NCBI GenBank assembly: GCA_043758735.1 | Contig: JAYVMZ010000056.1 | Coordinates: 1 to 36,843 of the forward strand | Reading direction: 5' to 3' | Source of the DNA: Betaproteobacteria bacterium | Lineage (GTDB): Bacteria > Pseudomonadota > Gammaproteobacteria > Burkholderiales > JACQAP01 | Length of the DNA: 36,843 nt | Shown here: positions 9,225 through 17,372 of the stretch, piece after piece | Layout of the letters: the number at the start of each line of letters is the position of its first letter | Numbering within the stretch: position 1 is the stretch's first letter | Made by a program: the position numbers and the translations under genes | Notes under the pieces: generated by a model | Told to the model about the DNA's origin: nothing | Seen by the model: the letters and a program-made list of their open reading frames with translations, nothing else | Databases searched by the model: none

Positions 9225-10331
9225 CTAACCTTGCAGCAACTCCCTGACGCGACCGGCGATCGCCAGCGAAGCGGTCAATCCCGGCGACTCGATGCCGAAG
9301 AGGTTGACCAGGCCTGCGATGCCATGGTCGCGCGGACCACTGACGATGAAATCGGCCGCTGGTTCTTTCGGCCCGGAGACCTTCGGGCGTATGCCGGTGT
9401 AGCCGGGTTGAAGCTGGCCGTCTTTGAGCCCCGGATAGTATTTGCGGATCGCTGCGTAGAACAGCGGCTCGCGCGAGTGATCGAAGCTGTAGTCCACCGT
9501 GTCCACCCACGAGACATCCGGGCCGAAGCGTATCTGCCCGGCCATGTCCACGGTCACGTGCACGCCGAGATGGGCGTTGCTGGCTACAGGATAGACCAGG
9601 CGCTTGAACGGCGGCCTGCCCCAAAGCGTGTAGTAGTGCGCCTTGGCGAAAAATTGCGGAGGAATGAACATCGACGGCATGCCGTCGATCGAGCGGGCAA
9701 TGTTTTGCGCGAACAGGCCGGCGGAATTGATGACGCTTTTGCAGGCGATGGTCATGGGTTCATTGCCGCCGACGTTCAGCATAATGCCTTCGGCGCCGAT
9801 TGCCCCGGATTTGACCGGGCTCTTGAACACGAGGGCGGCGCCGTGGTTTTCCGCATCGCCCTGGTAGGCCAGCATCAGCGCATGGCTGTCGACGATGCCG
9901 GTGGATGGCGACAGGAAGCCGGCAACGCATTCGACTTCCGGCTCGAGTGTGCGCAGTTCTTCGCGCGACAGCCAGCGCAAATCCGCAACGCCGTTGCCCT
10001 CAGCTTTCTGGACATAGTTCTTCAGCGTGGTGATTTCATCGTCTGTCACCGCCACGACGATCTTGCCGATGTTGCTGTGGGGCACGCCGTGCCCGGCGCA
10101 GTAGTCGTAGAGCAGCGCTTTGCCGGATACGCAGAAACGGGCTTTCAGCGAACCCTTCGGGTAGTACAGGCCGGCATGGATGACTTCGGAATTGCGCGAA
10201 CTGGTGTGCGTGCCGATGGCGTCCGCCGCTTCCAGCACGACGACTTCGCGCCCCGCCATGGCGAGCTCGCGGGCGATGGCGAGTCCGACGACGCCGGCGC
10301 CGATGACGGCGCAATCAACTTGTTCGGTCAC
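9225..10331 (-). CDS. FAD-dependent oxidoreductase, L-2-hydroxyglutarate dehydrogenase/oxidase-like (COG0579 type)
   Basis: GTG start at 10331. The N-terminal dinucleotide fold is CAVIGAGVVGLAIARELA...VVVLEA. SSRNSEVIHAGLYY is typical of this family. The gene ends 32 nt before the ligase gene. Confidence 0.75.
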   Translation of the reverse strand: MTEQVDCAVIGAGVVGLAIARELAMAGREVVVLEAADAIGTHTSSRNSEVIHAGLYYPKGSLKARFCVSGKALLYDYCAGHGVPHSNIGKIVVAVTDDEITTLKNYVQKAEGNGVADLRWLSREELRTLEPEVECVAGFLSPSTGIVDSHALMLAYQGDAENHGAALVFKSPVKSGAIGAEGIMLNVGGNEPMTIACKSVINSAGLFAQNIARSIDGMPSMFIPPQFFAKAHYYTLWGRPPFKRLVYPVASNAHLGVHVTVDMAGQIRFGPDVSWVDTVDYSFDHSREPLFYAAIRKYYPGLKDGQLQPGYTGIRPKVSGPKEPAADFIVSGPRDHGIAGLVNLFGIESPGLTASLAIAGRVRELLQG

Positions 10332-10397
10332 GATGCTTTTTCCGGATGGCTATACTGCAAGGACCGCATGTTACCCGAACGCCCCCGCGCAACTGCA

Positions 10398-11243
10398 ATG
10401 GCCGATTACTGGAATACCGACTGGCTGAACCGCTCGGGCATGTTTGCGCCGCTGCGGGCCGTCGGCGGCAATCTTCCGCAGATCGGCTGGCCGGATCCCG
10501 AAACGCTCAATACGCTGGCCGACGAAGCGGGCAGGGTAGTCAATGCACAGGGATTGCGCGTGCGCTTCGTCGCGCAGACCGCGAAGCCGAAGGAGTTCAA
10601 GGACGGCTTCGAGCAGCGCGCTTTCCGCAAGGGCGAAGTACAGATGCGCCCGCTGGACTGGCACGACCTGTTCAACGCAATGGTGTGGATGACCTTCCCC
10701 ACCACCAAGGCCGTAATCAACGCGCGTCACTACGAATCATTGTCGGCAGCACAATCGGGCAACCGGGCCCCGGTTCGCGATGCATTGACGCTGTTCGACG
10801 AGGAGGGTGTGGTGATTGTTTCGAGCGATGCCGGGCTGCTTGAACTGGTGCGCGAATTCCGCTGGAAAGAGCTGTTCTGGAAACGCCGCGAAGAGGCCAG
10901 GGAACGCATGCGCTTCATGCTGTTCGGCCATGCGCTCTATCAAAAGGCGCTGGATCCCTTCATCGGCATGACGGGCAAGGCCGTGCTGCTGAATGCGCCT
11001 GATGAATTCATGCACCTGCCCCTGAACGCGCAGGTTGCACAAGCCGACCGCCTGGTTGCCGCCCATATGTGGGATCGGACGCGCATGAGCCACGGCCGGG
11101 AACTGTCACCGCTGCCGGTACTGGGCGTGCCGGGATGGTGGAAAGAGAACGAGCGGGAAAGTTTTTACGAAAACACGGGCTACTTCCGTCCGGGCCGGGC
11201 CGGCTCCGGTACGCCGGATCAGGCTGCTTCGTCTTCGGTATAG
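10398..11243 (+). CDS. DUF3025-like conserved hypothetical protein
   Basis: I chose the ATG at 10398 because the ORF-track start at 9231 is antisense to the previous gene. The 281-aa product contains WHDLFNAMVWMTFPTTKAVINARH, which I recall as DUF3025-like. Codon use is coding-like. Confidence 0.65.
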   Translation: MADYWNTDWLNRSGMFAPLRAVGGNLPQIGWPDPETLNTLADEAGRVVNAQGLRVRFVAQTAKPKEFKDGFEQRAFRKGEVQMRPLDWHDLFNAMVWMTFPTTKAVINARHYESLSAAQSGNRAPVRDALTLFDEEGVVIVSSDAGLLELVREFRWKELFWKRREEARERMRFMLFGHALYQKALDPFIGMTGKAVLLNAPDEFMHLPLNAQVAQADRLVAAHMWDRTRMSHGRELSPLPVLGVPGWWKENERESFYENTGYFRPGRAGSGTPDQAASSSV

Positions 11244-12286
11244 GCGACGACCTTGTTGCGGCCGTGTTGCTTGGCGCGGTACATGGCCTTGTCCGCCTTG
11301 TCGAGGATGACATCGAGGTTGCCCCCGTCCTCCGGGTAGCTGGCAACGCCGAGGCTCACGGTGATGTTGGTGTCGCCGCTGCGCACGTCGAAGCGCGAGA
11401 TTTCGACGGCCTTGCGGATTCGCTCCGCCATTTCCAACGCCCCTTTGTTGTTGGTCTCCGGCAGCAGCACGATGAACTCGTCGCCGCCGAAGCGCGCCAT
11501 GACGTCCGAGCCGCGCAATTGCTCGCGTATGCAGCGCACCAGATGCTGCAGCATCTGGTTGCCGGATTCGTGCCCGTGCGTATCGTTGATCTGTTTCAGG
11601 TTGTCCGAATCGATCATGACCACCGACAGCGCGTGGCCGTAGCGCACCGCCTGGCGGAAGGCGCGCTGCAGCATCGACGAAAACGCGCGCATGTTGTAGG
11701 TGCCGGTCAGTTCGTCGGTATCGGACACCTGCTTGATCTTGTCCACCGCATGACGGATATCGGCAGCGAGCATCGTGGTGATGTAGGCGACCAGGATCAT
11801 CGGCGCGCAAAGCGCAAGCAGTTCGCCCCAGAAAGGCAGCGTAAGCAGCGTCTTCGATTTCGGGTTGTGAGCGAAATACATGAAGCAGCCGATGATGGCG
11901 CCGACCTTCAGCGTGGTCGGCAGCTTGCCGAAAATGAGTGCGCTGGCGATGATCGGCAGCAGGTAGAGGTTGAGCAGCGGGCTGTGGATTTGTCCGGTGT
12001 ACCAGACCACCCAGGTGATGAACACGATCATCACCCAGTTTTCGAACATCAGCTTGGAGCGGTTCTCCAGTTTGTAGAAATGCACATAGTGCAGGCCGAG
12101 GATGAAGGCCGTGAAGAAGAAGAGCGCGGTGTGGATGGCGACCCTGCCATCGTCCGGGGGCGCGCCCGCGAGCAGATAAACGAGGACGAGGCCGAGCAAC
12201 AGCCACTCAATTTCCGCGATGGTCCTGGAAAAACCCTTCAGTTCGTCCTGCTCGATGGTCAGTCCGATGTTTGTTCTGGTCAGCAT
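11219..12286 (-). CDS. Membrane-anchored diguanylate cyclase (GGDEF domain)
   Basis: The N-terminal half has multiple hydrophobic segments. The C-terminal half has DELTGTYNMRAF and RFGGDEFIVLL. Its 3' end overlaps the convergent DUF3025-like gene by 25 nt. Confidence 0.88.
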   Translation of the reverse strand: MLTRTNIGLTIEQDELKGFSRTIAEIEWLLLGLVLVYLLAGAPPDDGRVAIHTALFFFTAFILGLHYVHFYKLENRSKLMFENWVMIVFITWVVWYTGQIHSPLLNLYLLPIIASALIFGKLPTTLKVGAIIGCFMYFAHNPKSKTLLTLPFWGELLALCAPMILVAYITTMLAADIRHAVDKIKQVSDTDELTGTYNMRAFSSMLQRAFRQAVRYGHALSVVMIDSDNLKQINDTHGHESGNQMLQHLVRCIREQLRGSDVMARFGGDEFIVLLPETNNKGALEMAERIRKAVEISRFDVRSGDTNITVSLGVASYPEDGGNLDVILDKADKAMYRAKQHGRNKVVAYTEDEAA

Positions 12287-12728
12287 GACATCGTCGTGTG
12301 CAGTTTTCCCGGTCCCGAGCGCACTCTTTTGTTCTCCCTGCGGAAGTGCGGTAAGCCTAAACGGTTTCCGCGACCAGTGCCATAGCTGGACATCGTTCGA
12401 ATACTACGTGGAGCATCGATCCCGGACCGGTGTCGCGACGGTCTCGCGTCCCGCGTCTTTGGAATTGGCACTTTATTGCGCACGCAGTGCGGACGCTTCC
12501 TGAAAGCATTGGGGCCGCCTCGATCCAGGCCGATTGCCCGGTTTCTCCACGCGAGTGCTTTCAGCGCGCGTTGACGATTGCCGACGGCAGTATGCGCCGG
12601 CGTCGGGTTCCGTTGGCGGCGGCCGATCGGGCGCCTGAAAACCGGCGGGAATTATTATCAGGGTGGAAGTCGGCAGACCGGCCTTCGATGGTTCATCGGA
12701 CCGGATGGATCACGGGTACAGGCCATTG

Positions 12729-12757
12729 TTGACTTGGCCGGCGCCGATGCCTACACT
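12729..12757 (+). promoter_or_regulatory. Candidate sigma-70 promoter for the rubrerythrin operon
   Basis: TTGACT (12729-12734), a 17-nt spacer, then TACACT (12752-12757), about 100 nt upstream of the rubrerythrin ATG. Confidence 0.4.
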
Positions 12758-12767
12758 TGGTTTACAG

Positions 12768-12784
12768 ATTAGATTTAGTCTAAT
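12768..12784. promoter_or_regulatory. Candidate operator palindrome ATTAGA-N5-TCTAAT
   Basis: A 6-5-6 inverted repeat lies 11 nt downstream of the candidate -10, which is a repressor-type position. The binding protein is unknown. Confidence 0.35.
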
Positions 12785-12855
12785 TCAGGGAGTGACAGCA
12801 AGGCTTTGGTGGCCGCTGTCCGATTCGAAACAACTTGAAAGGCAAGGAGGTCAGC

Positions 12856-13278
12856 ATGAAAGCGCTCAAAGGTTCGAAGACCGAACAAAGCTTGAAGGAT
12901 GCATTTTCGGGCGAATCCCAGGCCAATCGCCGTTACCTCTACTTCGCAGCGAAAGCGGATGTGGAAGGGCAAAACGACGTGGCATCGATTTTCCGTTCGA
13001 CCGCGGAAGGTGAAACCGGCCATGCGCACGGGCACCTGGAATATCTGGAATCCGTCGGCGATCCGGCCACCGGTCTGCCGATCGGCCGCTCCCGCGACAA
13101 CCTGAAGGCGGCGATCGCCGGCGAAACCCACGAATACACCGACATGTATCCGGGGATGGCCAAGGGCGCGCGCGACGAAGGGTTCGACGAAATCGCGGAC
13201 TGGTTCGAAACGTTGGCCAAGGCGGAACGTTCGCACGCCAACCGGTTCCAGAAGGCCCTCGACGCGCTGACGGACTGA
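12856..13278 (+). CDS. Rubrerythrin-family diiron protein (no rubredoxin domain)
   Basis: ATG at 12856 is preceded by AAGGAGG at 5-nt spacing. The ferritin-like ligand motifs E..A...Y and EGETGH / E..H are each present twice. 140 aa. Confidence 0.88.
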   Translation: MKALKGSKTEQSLKDAFSGESQANRRYLYFAAKADVEGQNDVASIFRSTAEGETGHAHGHLEYLESVGDPATGLPIGRSRDNLKAAIAGETHEYTDMYPGMAKGARDEGFDEIADWFETLAKAERSHANRFQKALDALTD

Positions 13279-13302
13279 GCCCGGACAGGGAGGGCGACTA
13301 TT

Positions 13303-13337
13303 CTGGAGGCCGGAAGCGATGTGCTTCCGGCCTCCAG
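13303..13337 (+). terminator. Strong intercistronic hairpin (15-bp perfect stem, 5-nt loop); partial terminator or attenuator
   Basis: ctggaggccggaagc gatgt gcttccggcctccag. Only a weak T-tract follows (ccacgtttgcc). It lies between the rubrerythrin and Fe-S genes. Confidence 0.5.
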
Positions 13338-13396
13338 CCACGTTTGCCTCCCGGTGAATTCGATTTTTGCCTAACCACTAACCATCCGCCACTCCC

Positions 13397-14740
13397 ATGA
13401 CCGTACGCGAAGGCTCGCTCGAAGCGCCGACACGACATCCGATCGCCTGGCAGTCCGCCGACTTCTATGACGAGGACAAGGTGCATGCCGAAATGCATCG
13501 GGTCTTCGACATCTGTCATGGCTGCCGCCGTTGCGTGAATCTTTGCACAGCGTTTCCGACCTTGTTCGACCTGATCGACGAAGGCAAGACCGGTGAACTC
13601 GATGGTGTCGACAAACATGATTTCGGCAAGGTCGTCGACAAATGCTATCTGTGCGACATGTGCTACATGTCCAAGTGTCCGTACGTGCCGCCGCACCGAT
13701 GGAATATCGATTTTCCGCATCTGATGCTGCGTGCCAAGGCGGTCAAATTCAAAAAGGGCGAGACCACGTTTCGCGACAAGCTGCTGACCAGCACCGATGC
13801 GGTCGGCAAGCTGGCATCGATCCCGGTGGTGGTGCAGATGGTCAATGCGGTCAACAAAGCGCCCGCCGCGCGCAAGGTGATGCAGTCTGTGCTCGGCGTG
13901 CACAAGGATCGGATTTTGCCGGAATACACCAGCAAGCACTTTCGCGGCACCGCCCGGCCGGATTCGTCGTTTCCGGTGAAAGACGGCAAGAGCGCGCCCG
14001 GCAAGGTGGCGATATTTTCCACCTGTTACGTGAACTACAACGAACCGGGCATAGGCCACGACCTGTTGAAGATTCTCCAGCACAACCAGGTCCCGGCAAT
14101 CGTCGTCGAGAAAGAGGCCTGTTGCGGCATGCCCAAACTTGAACTGGGCGACCTCGAAGCCGTGGCCAAACTCAAGCAGGCCAACATTCCCGTGCTCGCG
14201 AAGCTGGCCCGGGAAGGCTATGCCATTCTTACCGCAGTGCCGTCCTGTACGTTGATGTTCAAGCAGGAACTGCCGCTGATGTTCCCCGACGACGCCGACG
14301 TCAACGCGGTGCAGGAAGCGATGTTCGATCCGTTCGAATATCTCATCATGCGCAAGCGCGACGGATTGCTCAAAACCGATTTCAAGACGCCGCTCGGCAA
14401 GGTGTCGTATCACATCCCCTGTCACCTGCGGGTGCAGAACATGGGGCAGAAGACGCGGGAAGTGTTCGAACTCGTGCCGCAGACCGAGGTCAACACGGTG
14501 GAGCGTTGCGCCGGACACGACGGTACCTGGGGCGTCAAGGCGGAATTTTTCGCCGACTCGATGAAGATCGGCCGGCCGGTTTTCCGCCAGATGGCGTCCA
14601 CGGCGCCCGACTACATAAGTTCCGATTGCGCGATCGCCGGCCGCCACATAGGACAGGGCATCGCGGAAGGCGGCCCCGGCGAGGGCAAATCCGAGAAGCA
14701 GCATCCGCTGACGCTCATCCGCATTGCCTACGGGCTGTGA
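13397..14740 (+). CDS. Fe-S oxidoreductase with two 4Fe-4S motifs and CCG domains (HdrD/GlpC-like)
   Basis: CHGCRRCVNLC and CYLCDMCYMSKCP lie in the N-terminal part. CCGMP and a second degenerate cysteine-rich (CCG-type) region lie in the C-terminal part. 447 aa. Confidence 0.85.
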   Translation: MTVREGSLEAPTRHPIAWQSADFYDEDKVHAEMHRVFDICHGCRRCVNLCTAFPTLFDLIDEGKTGELDGVDKHDFGKVVDKCYLCDMCYMSKCPYVPPHRWNIDFPHLMLRAKAVKFKKGETTFRDKLLTSTDAVGKLASIPVVVQMVNAVNKAPAARKVMQSVLGVHKDRILPEYTSKHFRGTARPDSSFPVKDGKSAPGKVAIFSTCYVNYNEPGIGHDLLKILQHNQVPAIVVEKEACCGMPKLELGDLEAVAKLKQANIPVLAKLAREGYAILTAVPSCTLMFKQELPLMFPDDADVNAVQEAMFDPFEYLIMRKRDGLLKTDFKTPLGKVSYHIPCHLRVQNMGQKTREVFELVPQTEVNTVERCAGHDGTWGVKAEFFADSMKIGRPVFRQMASTAPDYISSDCAIAGRHIGQGIAEGGPGEGKSEKQHPLTLIRIAYGL

Positions 14741-14778
14741 CGATGCAGGCGGGCGGGTACGACCACAAGAGGAAAGAA

Positions 14779-15366
14779 ATGGGCGCGATCACCGCAGAGA
14801 GCCTGATGTCCCTGGAACAATACGCAAAGGCGCGCAAGGACTTCCGCCAGCGGGTCCTGGCGCACAAGAAGCATCGAACCGTGCAGTTCGGCGGGCATGT
14901 GACGCTGGTGTTCGAGGACGAACTCACCATGCGTTACCAGATCCAGGAAATGCTGCGCGTGGAACGCATCTTCGAGGAGGAAGGCGTTCGCGACGAACTG
15001 GATTCTTACAATCCGCTGGTTCCGGACGGCAGCAACTGGAAGGCGACGATGTTGATCGAATACCCCGACACCGACGAACGGCGCGTGGCGCTGGCGCAAC
15101 TCATCGGCATCGAGGACCGCGTCTGGGTCGCAGTGGAAGGACAGCCGCGTGTCTATGCGATCGCCGACGAGGACCTTGACCGGGAAAACGACGACAAGAC
15201 CTCCGCCGTGCATTTCCTGCGTTTCGAATTGTCCGCGCCGATGAAACAGGCATTGAAGCAGGGAGTTGGGCTGTCGATGGGGATAGACCATCCCAACTAT
15301 CCGGTTACGATAAACAAGGCTGGGGTGGATACCGTCGCCTCCCTCCTGCAAGACCTGATGTTCTGA
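14779..15366 (+). CDS. DUF3501-family protein
   Basis: I chose the ATG at 14779 (AGAGGAAAG upstream). 195 aa. The sequence (..HRTVQFGGHVTLVFEDELTMRYQIQEMLRVERI..) and its position after the rubrerythrin and CCG genes match the DUF3501 context I recall. Confidence 0.7.
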   Translation: MGAITAESLMSLEQYAKARKDFRQRVLAHKKHRTVQFGGHVTLVFEDELTMRYQIQEMLRVERIFEEEGVRDELDSYNPLVPDGSNWKATMLIEYPDTDERRVALAQLIGIEDRVWVAVEGQPRVYAIADEDLDRENDDKTSAVHFLRFELSAPMKQALKQGVGLSMGIDHPNYPVTINKAGVDTVASLLQDLMF

Positions 15367-15460
15367 ACCGGTTTTCTGCACCGCCGCTCTTACCAGTACA
15401 ATGACGGCGACCTTCGGGTCGCCGTTGGTTTTCCGCAAAACAGAATTCTCGGGGAGCGTG

Positions 15461-16666
15461 ATGCTGCAATCCCGCATGATAGGTATGCTCCAGCGCCGCC
15501 TGAAGCGCATAGGCCTGCCCGTCAGCATGACCCTTTGGAATGGCAATACCATCAGAGCCGGAACCGAGGAGCATTTGCGACTGACGGTCAAGTCGCCGCA
15601 GGCGCTCATGTCGCTCGCCAACCCGAGCCTGGGCGGAATCGCCAGGGCCTATGTCGAAGGCCAGATCGACATCGAAGGGGACATTCGCGAGACCATGCGG
15701 ATCGGCGAGGGCCTGGTCTCAGGCGATTCGACCACGTACAACAATCGCTCGAAGGTCTGGAAGTGGTGGCGGCACACCCGTCCTGCCGATCGCAAGAACA
15801 TCCAGCACCATTACGATGTCGGCAATGATTTCTATGGCCTGTGGCTCGACCGCAACCGCGTTTACTCATGTGCTTACTTCAAGACGCCTGGTGATACGCT
15901 CGACGCGGCCCAGGAGCAGAAGCTCGACCATATCTGCCGCAAGCTCGAACTCAAGCCGGGTGAGAGGCTCCTCGACGTCGGTTGCGGCTGGGGCGGCCTG
16001 ATCCTGTGGGCGGTCCGGCATTACGGCGTCAAGGCGCTGGGAATCACGCTCTCCGGCGAGCAGCATGCCTATGCTACGCAGAGGATCAGGGAATCCGGGC
16101 TTGAAGGTCGCTGCGAAGTACACCTGATGGATTATCGCGACGTTGTCGAAGACGAGCCCTTCGACAAGATTGCCAGCGTGGGCATGTTCGAACACGTCGG
16201 AAAATGCAATCTCAAGGCGTATTTCGGGAAGATTTACCGGTTGCTCAAGCCGGGCGGCATGGTCATGAACCACGGCATCACGACCAATTCGCTGGAAGAT
16301 GCGGAGCTCGGCAGCGGCATCGGCGATTTCGTGAATGAGTATGTATTCCCAGGCGGCGAACTGGTGCATATCTCGCGCGTACTCACCGAGATGTCGGCGC
16401 AGGGCCTGGAGCCCTGGGATGCCGAGTGCCTGCGGCCGCATTATGCGAAAACCCTGTGGGAATGGGTGAGCAGGCTCGAGGCGCGGCAGGAAGACGCGCG
16501 AAGGATCGTGGGCGAGAAGATGTACCGCATCTGGCGCATCTATATGGCCGGCTCGGCGCACGCTTTCGATCGGGGCTGGATCTCGATCTTCCAGATACTC
16601 GGCACGAAGGCTTTGGCGGACGGCTCCGTGCCTTATCCGCTGACGCGGGAGCATGTATACAAATGA
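15461..16666 (+). CDS. cfa: Cyclopropane-fatty-acyl-phospholipid synthase
   Basis: HYDVGNDFY, YSCAYF, the SAM motif LLDVGCGWGGL, and VGMFEHVG are present. The start is uncertain: ATG 15461 has a GGGGAG Shine-Dalgarno sequence and gives an N-terminal length like E. coli Cfa, while the ORF track starts at 15401. Confidence 0.85.
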   Translation: MLQSRMIGMLQRRLKRIGLPVSMTLWNGNTIRAGTEEHLRLTVKSPQALMSLANPSLGGIARAYVEGQIDIEGDIRETMRIGEGLVSGDSTTYNNRSKVWKWWRHTRPADRKNIQHHYDVGNDFYGLWLDRNRVYSCAYFKTPGDTLDAAQEQKLDHICRKLELKPGERLLDVGCGWGGLILWAVRHYGVKALGITLSGEQHAYATQRIRESGLEGRCEVHLMDYRDVVEDEPFDKIASVGMFEHVGKCNLKAYFGKIYRLLKPGGMVMNHGITTNSLEDAELGSGIGDFVNEYVFPGGELVHISRVLTEMSAQGLEPWDAECLRPHYAKTLWEWVSRLEARQEDARRIVGEKMYRIWRIYMAGSAHAFDRGWISIFQILGTKALADGSVPYPLTREHVYK

Positions 16667-17253
16667 CAGTAGCGGATGGTTCGCGGGCCGCATTGCGGCT
16701 GGTGGTTACGCTGGCAGTATTTGCATTTGCGCTGGGCGGCTGCGGCGCCTCCACGGCCCCGGCGACAAAACCGTCGCAGCGCGGCATGAAAGAAGACATC
16801 GGCGGCGTGCCGGAGGAAAAAGCCTTCAAGGAAATCGAGGTGGCCTTGCCATCCTATCCGCAGGATTCCGCGCTGCTGGAATTCGCGCCGCGGCGCAATT
16901 CGGCGAATCACTTTTACATCGATCGCGATTCGATTTCGATCGGATCCGACCGGGTGATACGCTACAGTGTGGTGATCAAATCGCCGTCCGGTGCAATCAA
17001 CACGAGCTACGAGGGCCTGCGCTGCAAGACTTCGGAATACAAGATCTATGCGTTCGGGACCGGAAAAAGCGAATGGGCAAAAGTGCCGGATGTGCAATGG
17101 CGCTACGTCGCCAGAGTGAGTCCGGATTTCCGCTTCGCTTTGTACAAGGACTATTTTTGCGACATCGAGGCGATTGCCGGTCGCAACGAAAAAGACCTGA
17201 TAGCCAATCTTGCGGTGAATCCCCTCAAAAACGTGACCGATAAGAACCGGTAG
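16663..17253 (+). CDS. CNP1-like lipoprotein
   Basis: The ATG overlaps the cfa stop (ATGA at 16663-16666). The signal peptide ends in the lipobox LGGC. NHFYIDRDSISIG..VIRYSVVIKSPSGAINTSYEGLRCKTSEYKIYA resembles the CNP1 family. Confidence 0.7.
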   Translation: MTVADGSRAALRLVVTLAVFAFALGGCGASTAPATKPSQRGMKEDIGGVPEEKAFKEIEVALPSYPQDSALLEFAPRRNSANHFYIDRDSISIGSDRVIRYSVVIKSPSGAINTSYEGLRCKTSEYKIYAFGTGKSEWAKVPDVQWRYVARVSPDFRFALYKDYFCDIEAIAGRNEKDLIANLAVNPLKNVTDKNR

Positions 17254-17372
17254 AGTTCACCGTAACTGATTTCTGCACTGAACGATTTCAGAGCAGAAAT
17301 AAGTTGTAGTTCCGGCCGTCCTGCGGACTTAACTTGCTGAAGCAAGTTAGCCTTCACTGCAATCGTGCGCAG

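Noticed and set aside
9193-9624. N-terminal extension of the ligase ORF (track start 9624). Similar upstream extensions occur at 9231-10397, 32576-32791, 35526-36032 and 3578-3637.
   Set aside because: The extensions overlap neighbouring genes or are low-complexity. Internal starts with Shine-Dalgarno sequences give products of the expected family length.
12466-12480. Sigma-54-like motif TGGCAC-TTTA-TTGC
   Set aside because: The spacing between the GG and GC elements is one base short of the invariant -24/-12 geometry, and it lies about 390 nt from the nearest start codon.
17254-17372. Two 8-bp hairpins (atttctgc/gcagaaat and taacttgc/gcaagtta) between the convergent CNP1-like and proB genes
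   Set aside because: They are plausible transcript-end structures, but neither has a U-tract on either strand, so I did not call them terminators.
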